64,000 bases of DNA, from the NCBI GenBank assembly GCA_964057225.1, contig OZ059896.1:3534001-3598000 (forward strand), given 5' to 3'. Position numbers and translations under genes: made by a program. Of the stretch, positions 10,440 through 25,699 are shown piece after piece. Within the stretch, counting starts at the first letter, position 1. Every line of letters begins with the position of its first letter. Under the pieces are notes generated by a model. That model had not been told where the DNA came from and ran no database searches. It saw only the letters and a list, made by a program, of their open reading frames with translations. This stretch comes from Auanema rhodensis. Lineage: Eukaryota > Animalia > Nematoda.

Positions 10440-13400
10440 CATCACGTGTACATTTAATTAGCATAAATTAAAGTTCACGTAAATTTCAAAGTCATGGTTA
10501 CCATGAACCAATATCAATAAAAATTTGTTTTTAAACTATGATGGACATGGGGAATCTAATTTTGAAAACCGCATCTCTTTATCTTTCACGTGAAGCGAGT
10601 TACATACCTAGTGCACATCACGTGTACATTTAATTAGCATAAATTAAAGTTCACGTAAATTTCAAAGTCATGGTTACCATGAACCAATATCAATAAAAAT
10701 TTGTTTTTAGACTAATTTGGACATGGGGAATCTAATTTTGAAAACCGCATCTCTTTATCTTTCAAGTGAAGCGAGTTACATACCAAGTGCACATCACGTG
10801 TACATTTAATTAGCATAAATTAAAGTTCACGTAAATTTCAAAGTCATGGTTACCATGAACCAATATCAATAAAAATTTGTTTTTAAACTAATATGGACAT
10901 GGGGAATCTAATTTTGAAAACCGCATCTCTTTATCTTTCACGTGAAGCGAGTTACATACCTAGTGCACATCACGTGTACATTTAATTAGCATAAATTAAA
11001 GTTCACGTAAATTTCAAAGTCATGGTTACCATGAACCAATATCAATAAAAATTTGTTTTTAGACTAATAGGGACATGGGGAATCTAATTTTGAAAACCGC
11101 ATCTCTTTATCTTTCACGTGAAGCGAGTTACATATAAATTGCACATCAAGTGTACATTTAATTAGCATAAATTAAAGTTCACGTAAATTTCAAAGTCATG
11201 GTTACCATGCACCAATATTAATAAAAATTTGTTTTTAGACTAATATGGACATGGGGAATCTAATTTTGAAAACCGCATCTCTTTATCTTTCACGTGAAGC
11301 GAGTTACATACCAAGTGCACATCACGTGTACACTTAATTAGCATAAATTAAAGTTCACGTAAATTTCAAAGTCATGGTTACCATGCACCAATATCAATAA
11401 AAATTTGTTTTTAGACTAATATGGACATGGGGAATCTAATTTTGAAAACCGCATCTCTTTATCTTTCACGTGAAGCGAGTTACATACCAAGTGCACATCA
11501 CGTGTACATTTAATTAGCATAAATTAAAGTTCACGTAAATTTCAAAGTCATGGTTACCATGAACCAATATCAATAAAAATTTGTTTTTAGACTAATATGG
11601 ACATGGGGAATCTAATTTTGAAAACTGCATCTCTTTACCTTTCACGTGAAGCGAGTTACATACCAAGTGCACATCACGTGTACATTTAATTAGCATAAAT
11701 TAAAGTTCATGTAAATTTCAAAGTCATGGTTACCATGCACCAATATCAATAAAAGTTTGTTTTTAGACTAATATGGACATGGGGAATCTAATTTTGAGAA
11801 CCGCATCTCTTTATCTTTCACGTGAAGCGAGTTACATATAAAGTGCACATCACGTGTACATTTAATTAGCATAAATTAAAGTTCACGTAAGTTTCAAAGT
11901 CATGGTTACCATGAACCAATATCAATAAAAATTTGTTTTTAGACTAATATGGACATGGGGAATCTAATTTTGAAAACCGCATCTCCTTATCTTTCACGTG
12001 AAGCGAGTTACATACCAAGTGCACATCACGTGTACATTTAATTAGCATAAATTAAAGTTCACGTAAATTTCAAAGTCATGGTTACCATGAACCAATATCA
12101 ATAAAAATTTGTTTTTAAACTAATATGGACATGGGGAATCTAATTTTCAAAACCGCATTTCTTTATCTTTCAAGTGAAGCGAGTTACATACCAAGTGCAC
12201 ATCACGTGTACATTTAATTAGCATAAATTAAAGTTCACGTAAATTTCAAAGTCATGGTTACCATGAACCAATATCAATAAAAATTTGTTTTCAAACTAAT
12301 ATGGACATGGGGATTCTAATTTTGAAAACCGCATCTCTTTATCTTTCACGTGAAGCGAGTTACATACCTAGTGCACATCACGTGTACATTTAATTAGCAT
12401 AAATTAAAGTTCACGTAAATTTCAAAGTCATGGTTACCATGAACCAATATCAATAAAAATTTGTTTTTAAACTATGATGGACATGGGGAATCTAATTTTG
12501 AAAACCGCATCTCTTTATCTTTCACGTGAAGCGAGTTACATACCTAGTGCACATCACGTGTACATTTAATTAGCATAAATTAAAGTTCACGTAAATTTCA
12601 AAGTCATGGTTACCATGAACCAATATCAATAAAAATTTGTTTTTAGACTAATTTGGACATGGGGAATCTAATTTTGAAAACCGCATCTCTTTATCTTTCA
12701 AGTGAAGCGAGTTACATACCAAGTGCACATCACGTGTACATTTAATTAGCATAAATTAAAGTTCACGTAAATTTCAAAGTCATGGTTACCATGAACCAAT
12801 ATCAATAAAAATTTGTTTTTAAACTAATATGGACATGGGGAATCTAATTTTGAAAACCGCATCTCTTTATCTTTCACGTGAAGCGAGTTACATACCTAGT
12901 GCACATCACGTGTACATTTAATTAGCATAAATTAAAGTTCACGTAAATTTCAAAGTCATGGTTACCATGAACCAATATCAATAAAAATTTGTTTTTAGAC
13001 TAATAGGGACATGGGGAATCTAATTTTGAAAACCGCATCTCTTTATCTTTCACGTGAAGCGAGTTACATATAAATTGCACATCAAGTGTACATTTAATTA
13101 GCATAAATTAAAGTTCACGTAAATTTCAAAGTCATGGTTACCATGCACCAATATTAATAAAAATTTGTTTTTAGACTAATATGGACATGGGGAATCTAAT
13201 TTTGAAAACCGCATCTCTTTATCTTTCACGTGAAGCGAGTTACATACCAAGTGCACATCACGTGTACACTTAATTAGCATAAATTAAAGTTCACGTAAAT
13301 TTCAAAGTCATGGTTACCATGCACCAATATCAATAAAAATTTGTTTTTAGACTAATATGGACATGGGGAATCTAATTTTGAAAACCGCATCTCTTTATCT

Positions 13401-14340
13401 TTCACGTGAAGCGAGTTACATACCAAGTGCACATCACGTGTACATTTAATTAGCATAAATTAAAGTTCACGTAAATTTCAAAGTCATGGTTACCATGAAC
13501 CAATATCAATAAAAATTTGTTTTTAGACTAATATGGACATGGGGAATCTAATTTTGAAAACTGCATCTCTTTACCTTTCACGTGAAGCGAGTTACATACC
13601 AAGTGCACATCACGTGTACATTTAATTAGCATAAATTAAAGTTCATGTAAATTTCAAAGTCATGGTTACCATGCACCAATATCAATAAAAGTTTGTTTTT
13701 AGACTAATATGGACATGGGGAATCTAATTTTGAGAACCGCATCTCTTTATCTTTCACGTGAAGCGAGTTACATATAAAGTGCACATCACGTGTACATTTA
13801 ATTAGCATAAATTAAAGTTCACGTAAGTTTCAAAGTCATGGTTACCATGAACCAATATCAATAAAAATTTGTTTTTAGACTAATATGGACATGGGGAATC
13901 TAATTTTGAAAACCGCATCTCCTTATCTTTCACGTGAAGCGAGTTACATACCAAGTGCACATCACGTGTACATTTAATTAGCATAAATTAAAGTTCACGT
14001 AAATTTCAAAGTCATGGTTACCATGAACCAATATCAATAAAAATTTGTTTTTAAACTAATATGGACATGGGGAATCTAATTTTCAAAACCGCATTTCTTT
14101 ATCTTTCAAGTGAAGCGAGTTACATACCAAGTGCACATCACGTGTACATTTAATTAGCATAAATTAAAGTTCACGTAAATTTCAAAGTCATGGTTACCAT
14201 GAACCAATATCAATAAAAATTTGTTTTCAAACTAATATGGACATGGGGATTCTAATTTTGAAAACCGCATCTCTTTATCTTTCACGTGAAGCGAGTTACA
14301 TACCTAGTGCACATCACGTGTACATTTAATTAGCATAAAT
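10440..14340. repeat. Tandem duplication of an 11-monomer block (1936 bp)
   Basis: 'actatgatgg' 10539/12475, 'taatagggac' 11070/13006, 'taaattgcac' 11139/13075, 'ctttacct' 11638/13574, 'ctccttat' 11986/13922 and 'ttttcaaaacc' 12148/14084 are all offset by 1936. Confidence 0.95.
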
Positions 14341-15600
14341 TAAAGTTCACGTAAATTTCAAAGTCATGGTTACCATGAACCAATATCAATAAAAATTTGT
14401 TTTTAGACTAATTTGGACATGGGGAATCTAAATTTGAAAACCGCATCTCTTTATCTTTCAAGTGAAGCGAGTTACATACCAAGTGCACATCACGTGTACA
14501 TTTAATTAGCATAAATTAAAGTTCACGTAAATTTCAAAGTCATGGTTACCATGAACCAATATCAATAAAAATTTGTTTTTAGACTAATATGGACATGGGG
14601 AATCTAATTTTGAAAACTGCATCTCTTTATCTTTCACGTGAAGCGAGTTACATACCAAGTGCACATCACGTGTACATTTAATTAGCATAAATTAAAGTTC
14701 ATGTAAATTTCAAAGTCATGGTTACCATGCACCAATATCAATAAAAGTTTGTTTTTAGACTAATATGGACATGGGGAATCTAATTTTGAGAACCGCATCT
14801 CTTTATCTTTCACGTGAAGCGAGTTACATATAAAGTGCACATCACGTGTACATTTAATTAGCATAAATTAAAGTTCACGTAAGTTTCAAAGTCATGGTTA
14901 CCATGAACCAATATCAATAAAAATTTGTTTTTAGACTAATATGGACATGGGGAATCTAATTTTGAAAACCGCATCTCTTTATCTTTCACGTGAAGCGAGT
15001 TACATACCTAGTGCACATCACGTGTACATTTAATTAGCATAAATTAAAGTTCACGTAAATTTCAAAGTCATGGTTACCATGAACCAATATCAATAAAAAT
15101 TTGTTTTTAGACTAATTTGGACATGGGGAATCTAAATTTGAAAACCGCATCTCTTTATCTTTCAAGTGAAGCGAGTTACATACCAAGTGCACATCACGTG
15201 TACATTTAATTAGCATAAATTAAAGTTCACGTAAATTTCAAAGTCATGGTTACCATGAACCAACATCAATAAAAATTTGTTTTTAGACTAATATGGACAT
15301 GGGGAATCTAATTTTGAAAACTGCATCTCTTTATCTTTCACGTGAAGCGAGTTACATACCAAGTGCACATCACGTGTACATTTAATTAGCATAAATTAAA
15401 GTTCATGTAAATTTCAAAGTCATGGTTACCATGCACCAATATCAATAAAAGTTTGTTTTTAGACTAATATGGACATGGGGAATCTAATTTTGAGAACCGC
15501 ATCTCTTTATCTTTCACGTGAAGCGAGTTACATATAAAGTGCACATCACGTGTACATTTAATTAGCATAAATTAAAGTTCACGTAAATTTCAAAGTCATG
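14256..15600. repeat. Tandem duplication of a 4-monomer block (704 bp)
   Basis: 'tctaaatttg' 14432/15136, 'aaaactgc' 14618/15322, 'ttcatgta' 14702/15406, 'aaagtttg' 14747/15451 and 'gagaacc' 14790/15494 are offset by 704. Confidence 0.9.
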
Positions 15601-16191
15601 GTTACCATGAACCAATATCAATAAAAATTTGTTTTCAAACTAATATGGACATGGGGATTCTAATTTTGAAAACCGCATCTCTTTATCTTTCACGTGAAGC
15701 GAGTTACATACCTAGTGCACATCACGTGTACATTTAATTAGCATAAATTAAAGTTCACGTAAATTTCAAAGTCATGGTTACCATGAACCAATATCAATAA
15801 AAATTTGTTTTTAGACTAATTTGGACATGGGGAATCTAATTTTGAAAACCGCATCTCTTTATCTTTCAAGTGAAGCGAGTTACATACCAAGTGCACATCA
15901 CGTTTACATTTAATTAGCATAAATTAAAGTTCACGTAAATTTCAAAGTCATGGTTACCATGAACCAATATCAATAAAAATTTGTTTTTAAACTAATATGG
16001 ACATGGGGAATCTAATTTTGAAAACCGCATCTCTTTATCTTTCACGTGAAGCGAGTTACATACCTAGTGCACATCACGTGTACATTTAATTAGCATAAGT
16101 TGAAGTTCACGTAAATTTCAAAGTCATGGTTACCATGAACCAATATCAATAAAAATTTGTTTTCAAACTAATATGGACATGGGGATTCTAA

Positions 16192-17950
16192 TTTTGAAAA
16201 CCGCATCTCTTTATCTTTCACGTGAAGCGAGTTACATACCTAGTGCACATCACGTGTACATTTAATTAGCATAAATTAAAGTTCACGTAAATTTCAAAGT
16301 CATGGTTACCATGAACCAATATCAATAAAAATTTGTTTTTAGACTAATTTGGACATGGGGAATCTAAATTTGAAAACCGCATCTCTTTATCTTTCAAGTG
16401 AAGCGAGTTACATACCAAGTGCACATCACGTGTACATTTAATTAGCATAAATTAAAGTTCACGTAAATTTCAAAGTCATGGTTACCATGAACCAATATCA
16501 ATAAAAATTTGTTTTTAAACTAATATGGACATGGGGAATCTAATTTTGAAAACCGCATCTCTTTATCTTTCACGTGAAGCGAGTTACATACCTAGTGCAC
16601 ATCACGTGTACATTTAATTAGCATAAGTTAAAGTTCACGTAAATTTCAAAGTCATGGTTACCATGAACCAATATCAATAAAAATTTGTTTTTAGACTAAT
16701 ATGGACATGGGGAATCTAATTTTGAAAACCGCATCTCTTTATCTTTCACGTGAAGCGAGTTACATATAAAGTGCACATCACGTGTACATTTAATTAGCAT
16801 AAATTAAAGTTCACGTAAATTTCAAAGTCATGGTTACCATGAACCAATATCAATAAAAATTTGTTTTTAAACTAATATGGACATGGGGAATCTAATTTTG
16901 AAAACCGCATCTCTTTATCTTTCACGTGAAGCGAGTTACATACCTAGTGCACATCACGTGTACATTTAATTAGCATAAATTAAAGTTCACGTAAATTTCA
17001 AAGTCATGGTTACCATGAACCAATATCAATAAAAATTTGTTTTTAGACTAATTTGGACATGGGGAATCTAATTTTGAAAACCGCATCTCTTTATCTTTCA
17101 CGTGAAGCGAGTTACATACCTAGTGCACATCACGTGTACATTTAATTAGCATAAATTAAAGTTCACGTAAATTTCAAAGTCATGGTTACCATGAACCAAT
17201 ATCAATAAAAATTTGTTTTTAGACTAATTTGGACATGGGGAATCTAAATTTGAAAACCGCATCTCTTTATCTTTCAAGTGAAGCGAGTTACATACCAAGT
17301 GCACATCACGTGTACATTTAATTAGCATAAATTAAAGTTCACGTAAATTTCAAAGTCATGGTTACCATGAACCAATATCAATAAAAATTTGTTTTTAAAC
17401 TAATATGGACATGGGGAATCTAATTTTGAAAACCGCATCTCTTTATCTTTCACGTGAAGCGAGTTACATACCTAGTGCACATCACGTGTACATTTAATTA
17501 GCATAAGTTAAAGTTCACGTAAATTTCAAAGTCATGGTTACCATGAACCAATATCAATAAAAATTTGTTTTTAGACTAATATGGACATGGGGAATCTAAT
17601 TTTGAAAACCGCATCTCTTTATCTTTCACGTGAAGCGAGTTACATATAAAGTGCACATCACGTGTACATTTAATTAGCATAAATTAAAGTTCACGTAAAT
17701 TTCAAAGTCATGGTTACCATGAACCAATATCAATAAAAATTTGTTTTTAAACTAATATGGACATGGGGATTCTAATTTTGAAAACCGCATCTCTTTATCT
17801 TTCACGTGAAGCGAGTTACATACCTAGTGCACATCACGTGTACATTTAATTAGCATAAATTAAAGTTCACGTAAATTTCAAAGTCATGGTTACCATGAAC
17901 CAATATCAATAAAAATTTGTGTTTAGACTAATTTGGACATGGGGATTCTA
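16192..17950. repeat. Tandem duplication of a 5-monomer block (880 bp)
   Basis: 'tctaaatttg' 16368/17248, 'gcataagtta' 16627/17507 and 'catataaag' ~16767/17647 are offset by 880. Confidence 0.85.
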
Positions 17951-20900
17951 ATTTTGAAAACCGCATCTCTTTATCTTTCACGTGAAGCGAGTTACATACC
18001 TAGTGCACATCACGTGTACATTTAATTAGCATAAATTAAAGTTCACGTAAATTTCAAAGTCATGGTTACCATGAACCAATATCAATAAAAATTTGTTTTT
18101 AAACTAATATGGACATGGGGAATCTAATTTTGAAAACCGCATCTCTTTATCTTTCACGTGAAGCGAGTTACATACCTAGTGCACATCACGTGTACATTTA
18201 ATTAGCATAAATTAAAGTTCACGTAAATTTCAAAGTCATGGTTACCATGCACCAATATCAATAAAAGTTTGTTTTTAGACTAATATGGACATGGGGAATC
18301 TAATTTTGAGAACCGCATCTCTTTATCTTTCACGTGAAGCGAGTTACATATAAAGTGCACATCACGTGTACATTTAATTAGCATAAATTAAAGTTCACGT
18401 AAATTTCAAAGTCATGGTTACCATGAACCAATATCAATAAAAATTTGTTTTTAGACTAATATGGACATGGGGAATCTAATTTTGAAAACCGCATCTCTTT
18501 ATCTTTCACGTGAAGCGAGTTACATACCAAGTGCACATCACGTGTACATTTAATTAGCATAAATTAAAGTTCACGTAAATTTCAAAGTCATGGTTACCAT
18601 GAACCAATATCAATAAAAATTTGTTTTTAAACTAATATGGACATGGGGAATCTAATTTTGAAAACCGCATCTCTTTATCTTTCAAGTGAAGCGAGTTACA
18701 TACCAAGTGCACATCACGTGTACATGTAATTAGCATAAATTAAAGTTCACGTAAATTTCAAAGTCATGGTTACCATGAACCAATATCAATAAAAATTTGT
18801 TTTCAAACTAATATGGACATGGGGATTCTAATTTTGAAAACCGCATCTCTTTATCTTTCACGTGAAGCGAGTTACATACCTAGTGCACATCACGTGTACA
18901 TTTAATTAGCATAAATTAAAGTTCACGTAAATTTCAAAGTCATGGTTACCATGAACCAATATCAATAAAAATTTGTTTTTAGACTAATTTGGACATGGGG
19001 AATCTAATTTTGAAAACCGCATCTCTTTATCTTTCAAGTGAAGCGAGTTACATACCAAGTGCACATCACGTTTACATTTAATTAGCATAAATTAAAGTTC
19101 ACGTAAATTTCAAAGTCATGGTTACCATGAACCAATATCAATAAAAATTTGTTTTTAAACTAATATGGACATGGGGAATCTAATTTTGAAAACCGCATCT
19201 CTTTATCTTTCACGTGAAGCGAGTTACATACCTAGTGCACATCACGTGTACATTTAATTAGCATAAGTTGAAGTTCACGTAAATTTCAAAGTCATGGTTA
19301 CCATGAACCAATATCAATGAAAATTTGTTTTTAGACTAATATGGACATGGGGAATCTAATTTTGAAAACCGCATCTCTTTATCTTTCACGTGAAGCGAGT
19401 TACATATAAAGTGCACATCACGTGTACATTAAATTAGCATAAATTAAAGTTCACGTAAATTTCAAAGTCATGGTTACCATGAATCAATATCAATAAAAAT
19501 TTGTTTTTAAACTAATATGGACATGGGGAATCTAATTTTGAAAACCGCATCTCTTTATCTTTCAAGTGAAGCGAGTTACATACCTAGTGCACATCACGTG
19601 TACATTTAATTAGCATAAATTAAAGTTCACGGAAATTTCAAAGTCATGGTTACCATGAACCAATATCAATAAAAATTTGTTTTTAGACTAATTTGGACAT
19701 GGGGATTCTAATTTTGAAAACCGCATCTCTTTATCTTTCACGTGAAGCGAGTTACATACCTAGTGCACATCACGTGTACATTTAATTAGCATAAATTAAA
19801 GTTCACGTAAATTTCAAAGTCATGGTTACCATGAACCAATATCAATAAAAATTTGTTTTTAGACTAATTTGGACATGGGGATTCTAATTTTGAAAACCGC
19901 ATCTCTTTATCTTTCACGTGAAGCGAGTTACATACCTAGTGCACATCACGTGTACATTTAATTAGCATAAATTAAAGTTCACGTAAATTTCAAAGTCATG
20001 GTTACCATGAACCAATATCAATAAAAATTTGTTTTTAAACTAATATGGACATGGGGAATCTAATTTTTGAAACCGCATTTCTTTATCTTTCAAGTGAAGC
20101 GAGTTACATACCAAGTGCACATCACGTGTACATTTAATTAGCATAAATTAAAGTTCACGTAAATTTCAAAGTCATGGTTACCATGAACCAATATCAATAA
20201 AAATTTGTTTTTAGACTAATTTGGACATGGGGAATCTAATTTTGAGAACCGCATCTCTTTATCTTTCACGTGAAGCGAGTTACATATAAAGTGCACATCA
20301 CGTGTACATTTAATTAGCATAAATTAAAGTTCACGTAAATTTCAAAGTCATGGTTACCATGAACCAATATCAATAAAAATTTGTTTTCAAACTAATATGG
20401 ACATGGGGATTCTAATTTTGAAAACCGCATCTCTTTATCTTTCACGTGAAGCGAGTTACATACCTAGTGCACATCACGTGTACATTTAATTAGCATAAAT
20501 TAAAGTTCACGTAAATTTCAAAGTCATGGTTACCATGAACCAATATCAATAAAAATTTGTTTTTAGACTAATTTGGACATGGGGAATCTAATTTTGAAAA
20601 CCGCATCTCTTTATCTTTCAAGTGAAGCGAGTTACATACCAAGTGCACATCACGTGTACATTTAATTAGCATAAATTAAAGTTCACGTAAATTTCAAAGT
20701 CATGGTTACCATGAACCAATATCAATAAAAATTTGTTTTCAAACTAATATGGACATGGGGATTCTAATTTTGAAAACCGCATCTCTTTATCTTTCAAGTG
20801 AAGCGAGTTACATACCTAGTGCACATCACGTGTACATTTAATTAGCATAAATTAAAGTTCACGTAAATTTCAAAGTCATGGTTACCATGAACCAATATCA

Positions 20901-23399
20901 ATAAAAATTTGTTTTTAGACTAATTTGGACATGGGGATTCTAATTTTGAAAACCGCATCTCTTTATCTTTCACGTGAAGCGAGTTACATACCTAGTGCAC
21001 ATCACGTGTACATTTAATTAGCATAAATTAAAGTTCACGTAAATTTCAAAGTCATGGTTACCATGAACCAATATCGATAAAAATTTGTTTTTAAACTAAT
21101 ATGGACATGGGGAATCTAATTTTTAAAACCGCATTTCTTTATCTTTCAAGTGAAGCGAGTTACATACCAAGTGCACATCACGTGTACATTTAATTAGCAT
21201 AAATTAAAGTTCACGTAAATTTCAAAGTCATGGTTACCATGAACCAATATCAATAAAAATTTGTTTTCAAACTAATATGGACATGGGGATTCTAATTTTG
21301 AAAACCGCATCTCTTTATCTTTCACGTGAAGCGAGTTACATACCTAGTGCACATCACGTGTACATTTAATTAGCATAAATTAAAGTTCACGTAAATTTCA
21401 AAGTCATGGTTACCATGAACCAATATCAATAAAAATTTGTTTTCAAACTAATATGGACATGGGGATTCTAATTTTGAAAACCGCATCTCTTTATCTTTCA
21501 AGTGAAGCGAGTTACATACCAAGTGCACATCACGTGTACATTTAATTAGCATAAATTAAAGTTCACGTAAATTTCAAAGTCATGGTTACCATGAACCAAT
21601 ATCAATAAAAATTTGTTTTCAAACTAATATGGACATGGGGATTCTAATTTTGAAAACCGCATCTCTTTATCTTTCAAGTGAAGCGAGTTACATACCTAGT
21701 GCACATCACGTGTACATTTAATTAGCATAAATTAAAGTTCACGTAAATTTCAAAGTCATGGTTACCATGAACCAATATCAATAAAAATTTGTTTTTAGAC
21801 TAATTTGGACATGGGGATTCTAATTTTGAAAACCGCATCTCTTTATCTTTCACGTGAAGCGAGTTACATACCTAGTGCACATCACGTGTACATTTAATTA
21901 GCATAAATTAAAGTTCACGTAAATTTCAAAGTCATGGTTACCATGAACCAATATCAATAAAAATTTGTTTTTAGACTAATTTGGACATGGGGATTCTAAT
22001 TTTGAAAACCGCATCTCTTTATCTTTCACGTGAAGCGAGTTACATACCTAGTGCACATCACGTGTACATTTAATTAGCATAAATTAAAGTTCACGTAAAT
22101 TTCAAAGTCATGGTTACCATGAACCAATATCGATAAAAATTTGTTTTTAAACTAATATGGACATGGGGAATCTAATTTTTAAAACCGCATTTCTTTATCT
22201 TTCAAGTGAAGCGAGTTACATACCAAGTGCACATCACGTGTACATTTAATTAGCATAAATTAAAGTTCACGTAAATTTCAAAGTCATGGTTACCATGAAC
22301 CAATATCAATAAAAATTTGTTTTCAAACTAATATGGACATGGGGATTCTAATTTTGAAAACCGCATCTCTTTATCTTTCACGTGAAGCGAGTTACATACC
22401 TAGTGCACATCACGTGTACATTTAATTAGCATAAATTAAAGTTCACGTAAATTTCAAAGTCATGGTTACCATGAACCAATATCAATAAAAATTTGTTTTT
22501 AGACTAATTTGGACATGGGGAATCTAATTTTGAAAACCGCATCTCTCTATCTTTCAAGTGAAGCGAGTTACATACCAAGTGCACATCACGTGTACATTTA
22601 ATTAGCATAAATTAAAGTTCACGTAAATTTCAAAGTCATGATTACCATGAACCAATATCAATAAAAATTTGTTTTTAGACTAATTTGGACATGGGGAATC
22701 TAATTTTGAAATCCGCATCTCTTTATCTTTCACGTGAAGCGAGTTACATACCTAGTGCACATCACGTGTACATTTAATTAGCATAAATTAAAGTTCACGT
22801 AAATTTCAAAGTCATGATTACCATGAACCAATATCAATAAAAATTTGTTTTTAGACTAATTTGGACATGGGGAATCTAATTTTGAAAACCGCATCTCTTT
22901 ATCTTTCAAGTGAAGCGAGTTACATACCAAGTGCACATCACGTGTACATTTAATTAGCATAAATTAAAGTTCACGTAAATTTCAAAGTCATGGTTACCAT
23001 GAACCAATATCAATAAAAATTTGTTTTTAAACTAATATGGACATGGGGAATCTAATTTTGAAAACCGCATCTCTTTATCTTTCACGTGAAGCGAGTTACA
23101 TACCTAGTGCACATCACGTGTACATTTAATTAGCATAAGTTGAAGTTCACGTAAATTTCAAAGTCATGGTTACCATGAACCAATATCAATAAAAATTTGT
23201 TTTTAAACTAATATGGACATGGGGAATCTAATTTTGAAAACCGCATCTCTTTATCTTTCAAGTGAAGCGAGTTACATACCTAGTGCACATCACGTGTACA
23301 TTTAATTAGCATAAATTAAAGTTCACGTAAATTTCAAAGTCATGGTTACCATGAACCAATATCAATAAAAATTTGTTTTTAGACTAATTTGGACATGGG

Positions 23400-25340
23400 G
23401 ATTCTAATTTTGAAAACCGCATCTCTTTATCTTTCACGTGAAGCGAGTTACATACCTAGTGCACATCACGTGTACATTTAATTAGCATAAATTAAAGTTC
23501 ACGTAAATTTCAAAGTCATGGTTACCATGAACCAATATCAATAAAAATTTGTTTTTAGACTAATTTGGACATGGGGATTCTAATTTTGAAAACCGCATCT
23601 CTTTATCTTTCACGTGAAGCGAGTTACATACCTAGTGCACATCACGTGTACATTTAATTAGCATAAATTAAAGTTCACGTAAATTTCAAAGTCATGGTTA
23701 CCATGAACCAATATCAATAAAAATTTGTTTTTAAACTAATATGGACATGGGGAATCTAATTTTTAAAACCGCATTTCTTTATCTTTCAAGTGAAGTGAGT
23801 TACATACCAAGTGCACATCACGTGTACATTTAATTAGCATAAATTAAAGTTCACGTAAATTTCAAAGTCATGGTTACCATGAACCAATATCAATAAAAAT
23901 TTGTTTTCAAACTAATATGGACATGGGGATTCTAATTTTGAAAACCGCATCTCTTTATCTTTCACGTGAAGCGAGTTACATACCTAGTGCACATCACGTG
24001 TACATTTAATTAGCATAAATTAAAGTTCACGTAAATTTCAAAGTCATGGTTACCATGAACCAATATCAATAAAAATTTGTTTTTAGACTAATTTGGACAT
24101 GGGGATTCTAATTTTGAAAACCGCATCTCTTTATCTTTCACGTGAAGCGAGTTACATACCTAGTGCACATCACGTGTACATTTAATTAGCATAAATTAAA
24201 GTTCACGTAAATTTCAAAGTCATGGTTACCATGAACCAATATCAATAAAAATTTGTTTTTAAACTAATATGGACATGGGGAATCTAATTTTTAAAACCGC
24301 ATTTCTTTATCTTTCAAGTGAAGTGAGTTACATACCAAGTGCACATCACGTGTACATTTAATTAGCATAAATTAAAGTTCACGTAAATTTCAAAGTCATG
24401 GTTACCATGAACCAATATCAATAAAAATTTGTTTTCAAACTAATATGGACATGGGGATTCTAATTTTGAAAACCGCATCTCTTTATCTTTCACGTGAAGC
24501 GAGTTACATACCTAGTGCACATCACGTGTACATTTAATTAGCATAAATTAAAGTTCACGTAAACTTCAAAGTCATGGTTACCATGAACCAATATCAATAA
24601 AAATTTGTTTTTAGACTAATTTGGACATGGGGAATCTAATTTTGAAAACCGCATCTCTTTATCTTTCAAGTGAAGCGAGTTACATACCAAGTGCACATCA
24701 CGTGTACATTTAATTAGCATAAATTAAAGTTCACGTAAATTTCAAAGTCATGGTTACCATGAACCAATATCAATAAAAATTTGTTTTTAGACTAATTTGG
24801 ACATGGGGATTCTAATTTTGAAAACCGCATCTCTTTATCTTTCACGTGAAGCGAGTTACATACCTAGTGCACATCACGTGTACATTTAATTAGCATAAAT
24901 TAAAGTTCACGTAAATTTCAAAGTCATGGTTACCATGAACCAATATCAATAAAAATTTGTTTTTAAACTAATATGGACATGGGGAATCTAATTTTTAAAA
25001 CCGCATTTCTTTATCTTTCAAGTGAAGTGAGTTACATACCAAGTGCACATCACGTGTACATTTAATTAGCATAAATTAAAGTTCACGTAAATTTCAAAGT
25101 CATGGTTACCATGAACCAATATCAATAAAAATTTGTTTTCAAACTAATATGGACATGGGGATTCTAATTTTGAAAACCGCATCTCTTTATCTTTCACGTG
25201 AAGCGAGTTACATACCTAGTGCACATCACGTGTACATTTAATTAGCATAAATTAAAGTTCACGTAAATTTCAAAGTCATGGTTACCATGAACCAATATCA
25301 ATAAAAATTTGTTTTTAGACTAATTTGGACATGGGGAATC
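23400..25340. repeat. Short higher-order repeat, three copies spaced by 3 then 4 monomers
   Basis: The marker monomer 'tttttaaaaccgcatttc...caagtgaagtgag' has its T37 variant at 23796, 24324 (+528) and 25028 (+704). Confidence 0.85.
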
Positions 25341-25699
25341 TAATTTTGAAAACCGCATCTCTTTATCTTTCAAGTGAAGCGAGTTACATACCAAGTGCAC
25401 ATCACGTGTACATTTAATTAGCATAAATTAAAGTTCACGTAAATTTCAAAGTCATAGTTACCATGAACCAATATCAATAAAAATTTGTTTTTAAACTAAT
25501 ATGGACATGGGGAATCTAATTTTGAAAACCGCATCTCTTTATCTTTCACGTGAAGCGAGTTACATACCTAGTGCACATCACGTGTACATTTAATTAGCAT
25601 AAGTTAAAGTTCACGTAAATTTCAAAGTCATGGTTACCATGAACCAATATCAATAAAAATTTGTTTTTAGACTAATATGGACATGGGGAATCTAATTTT

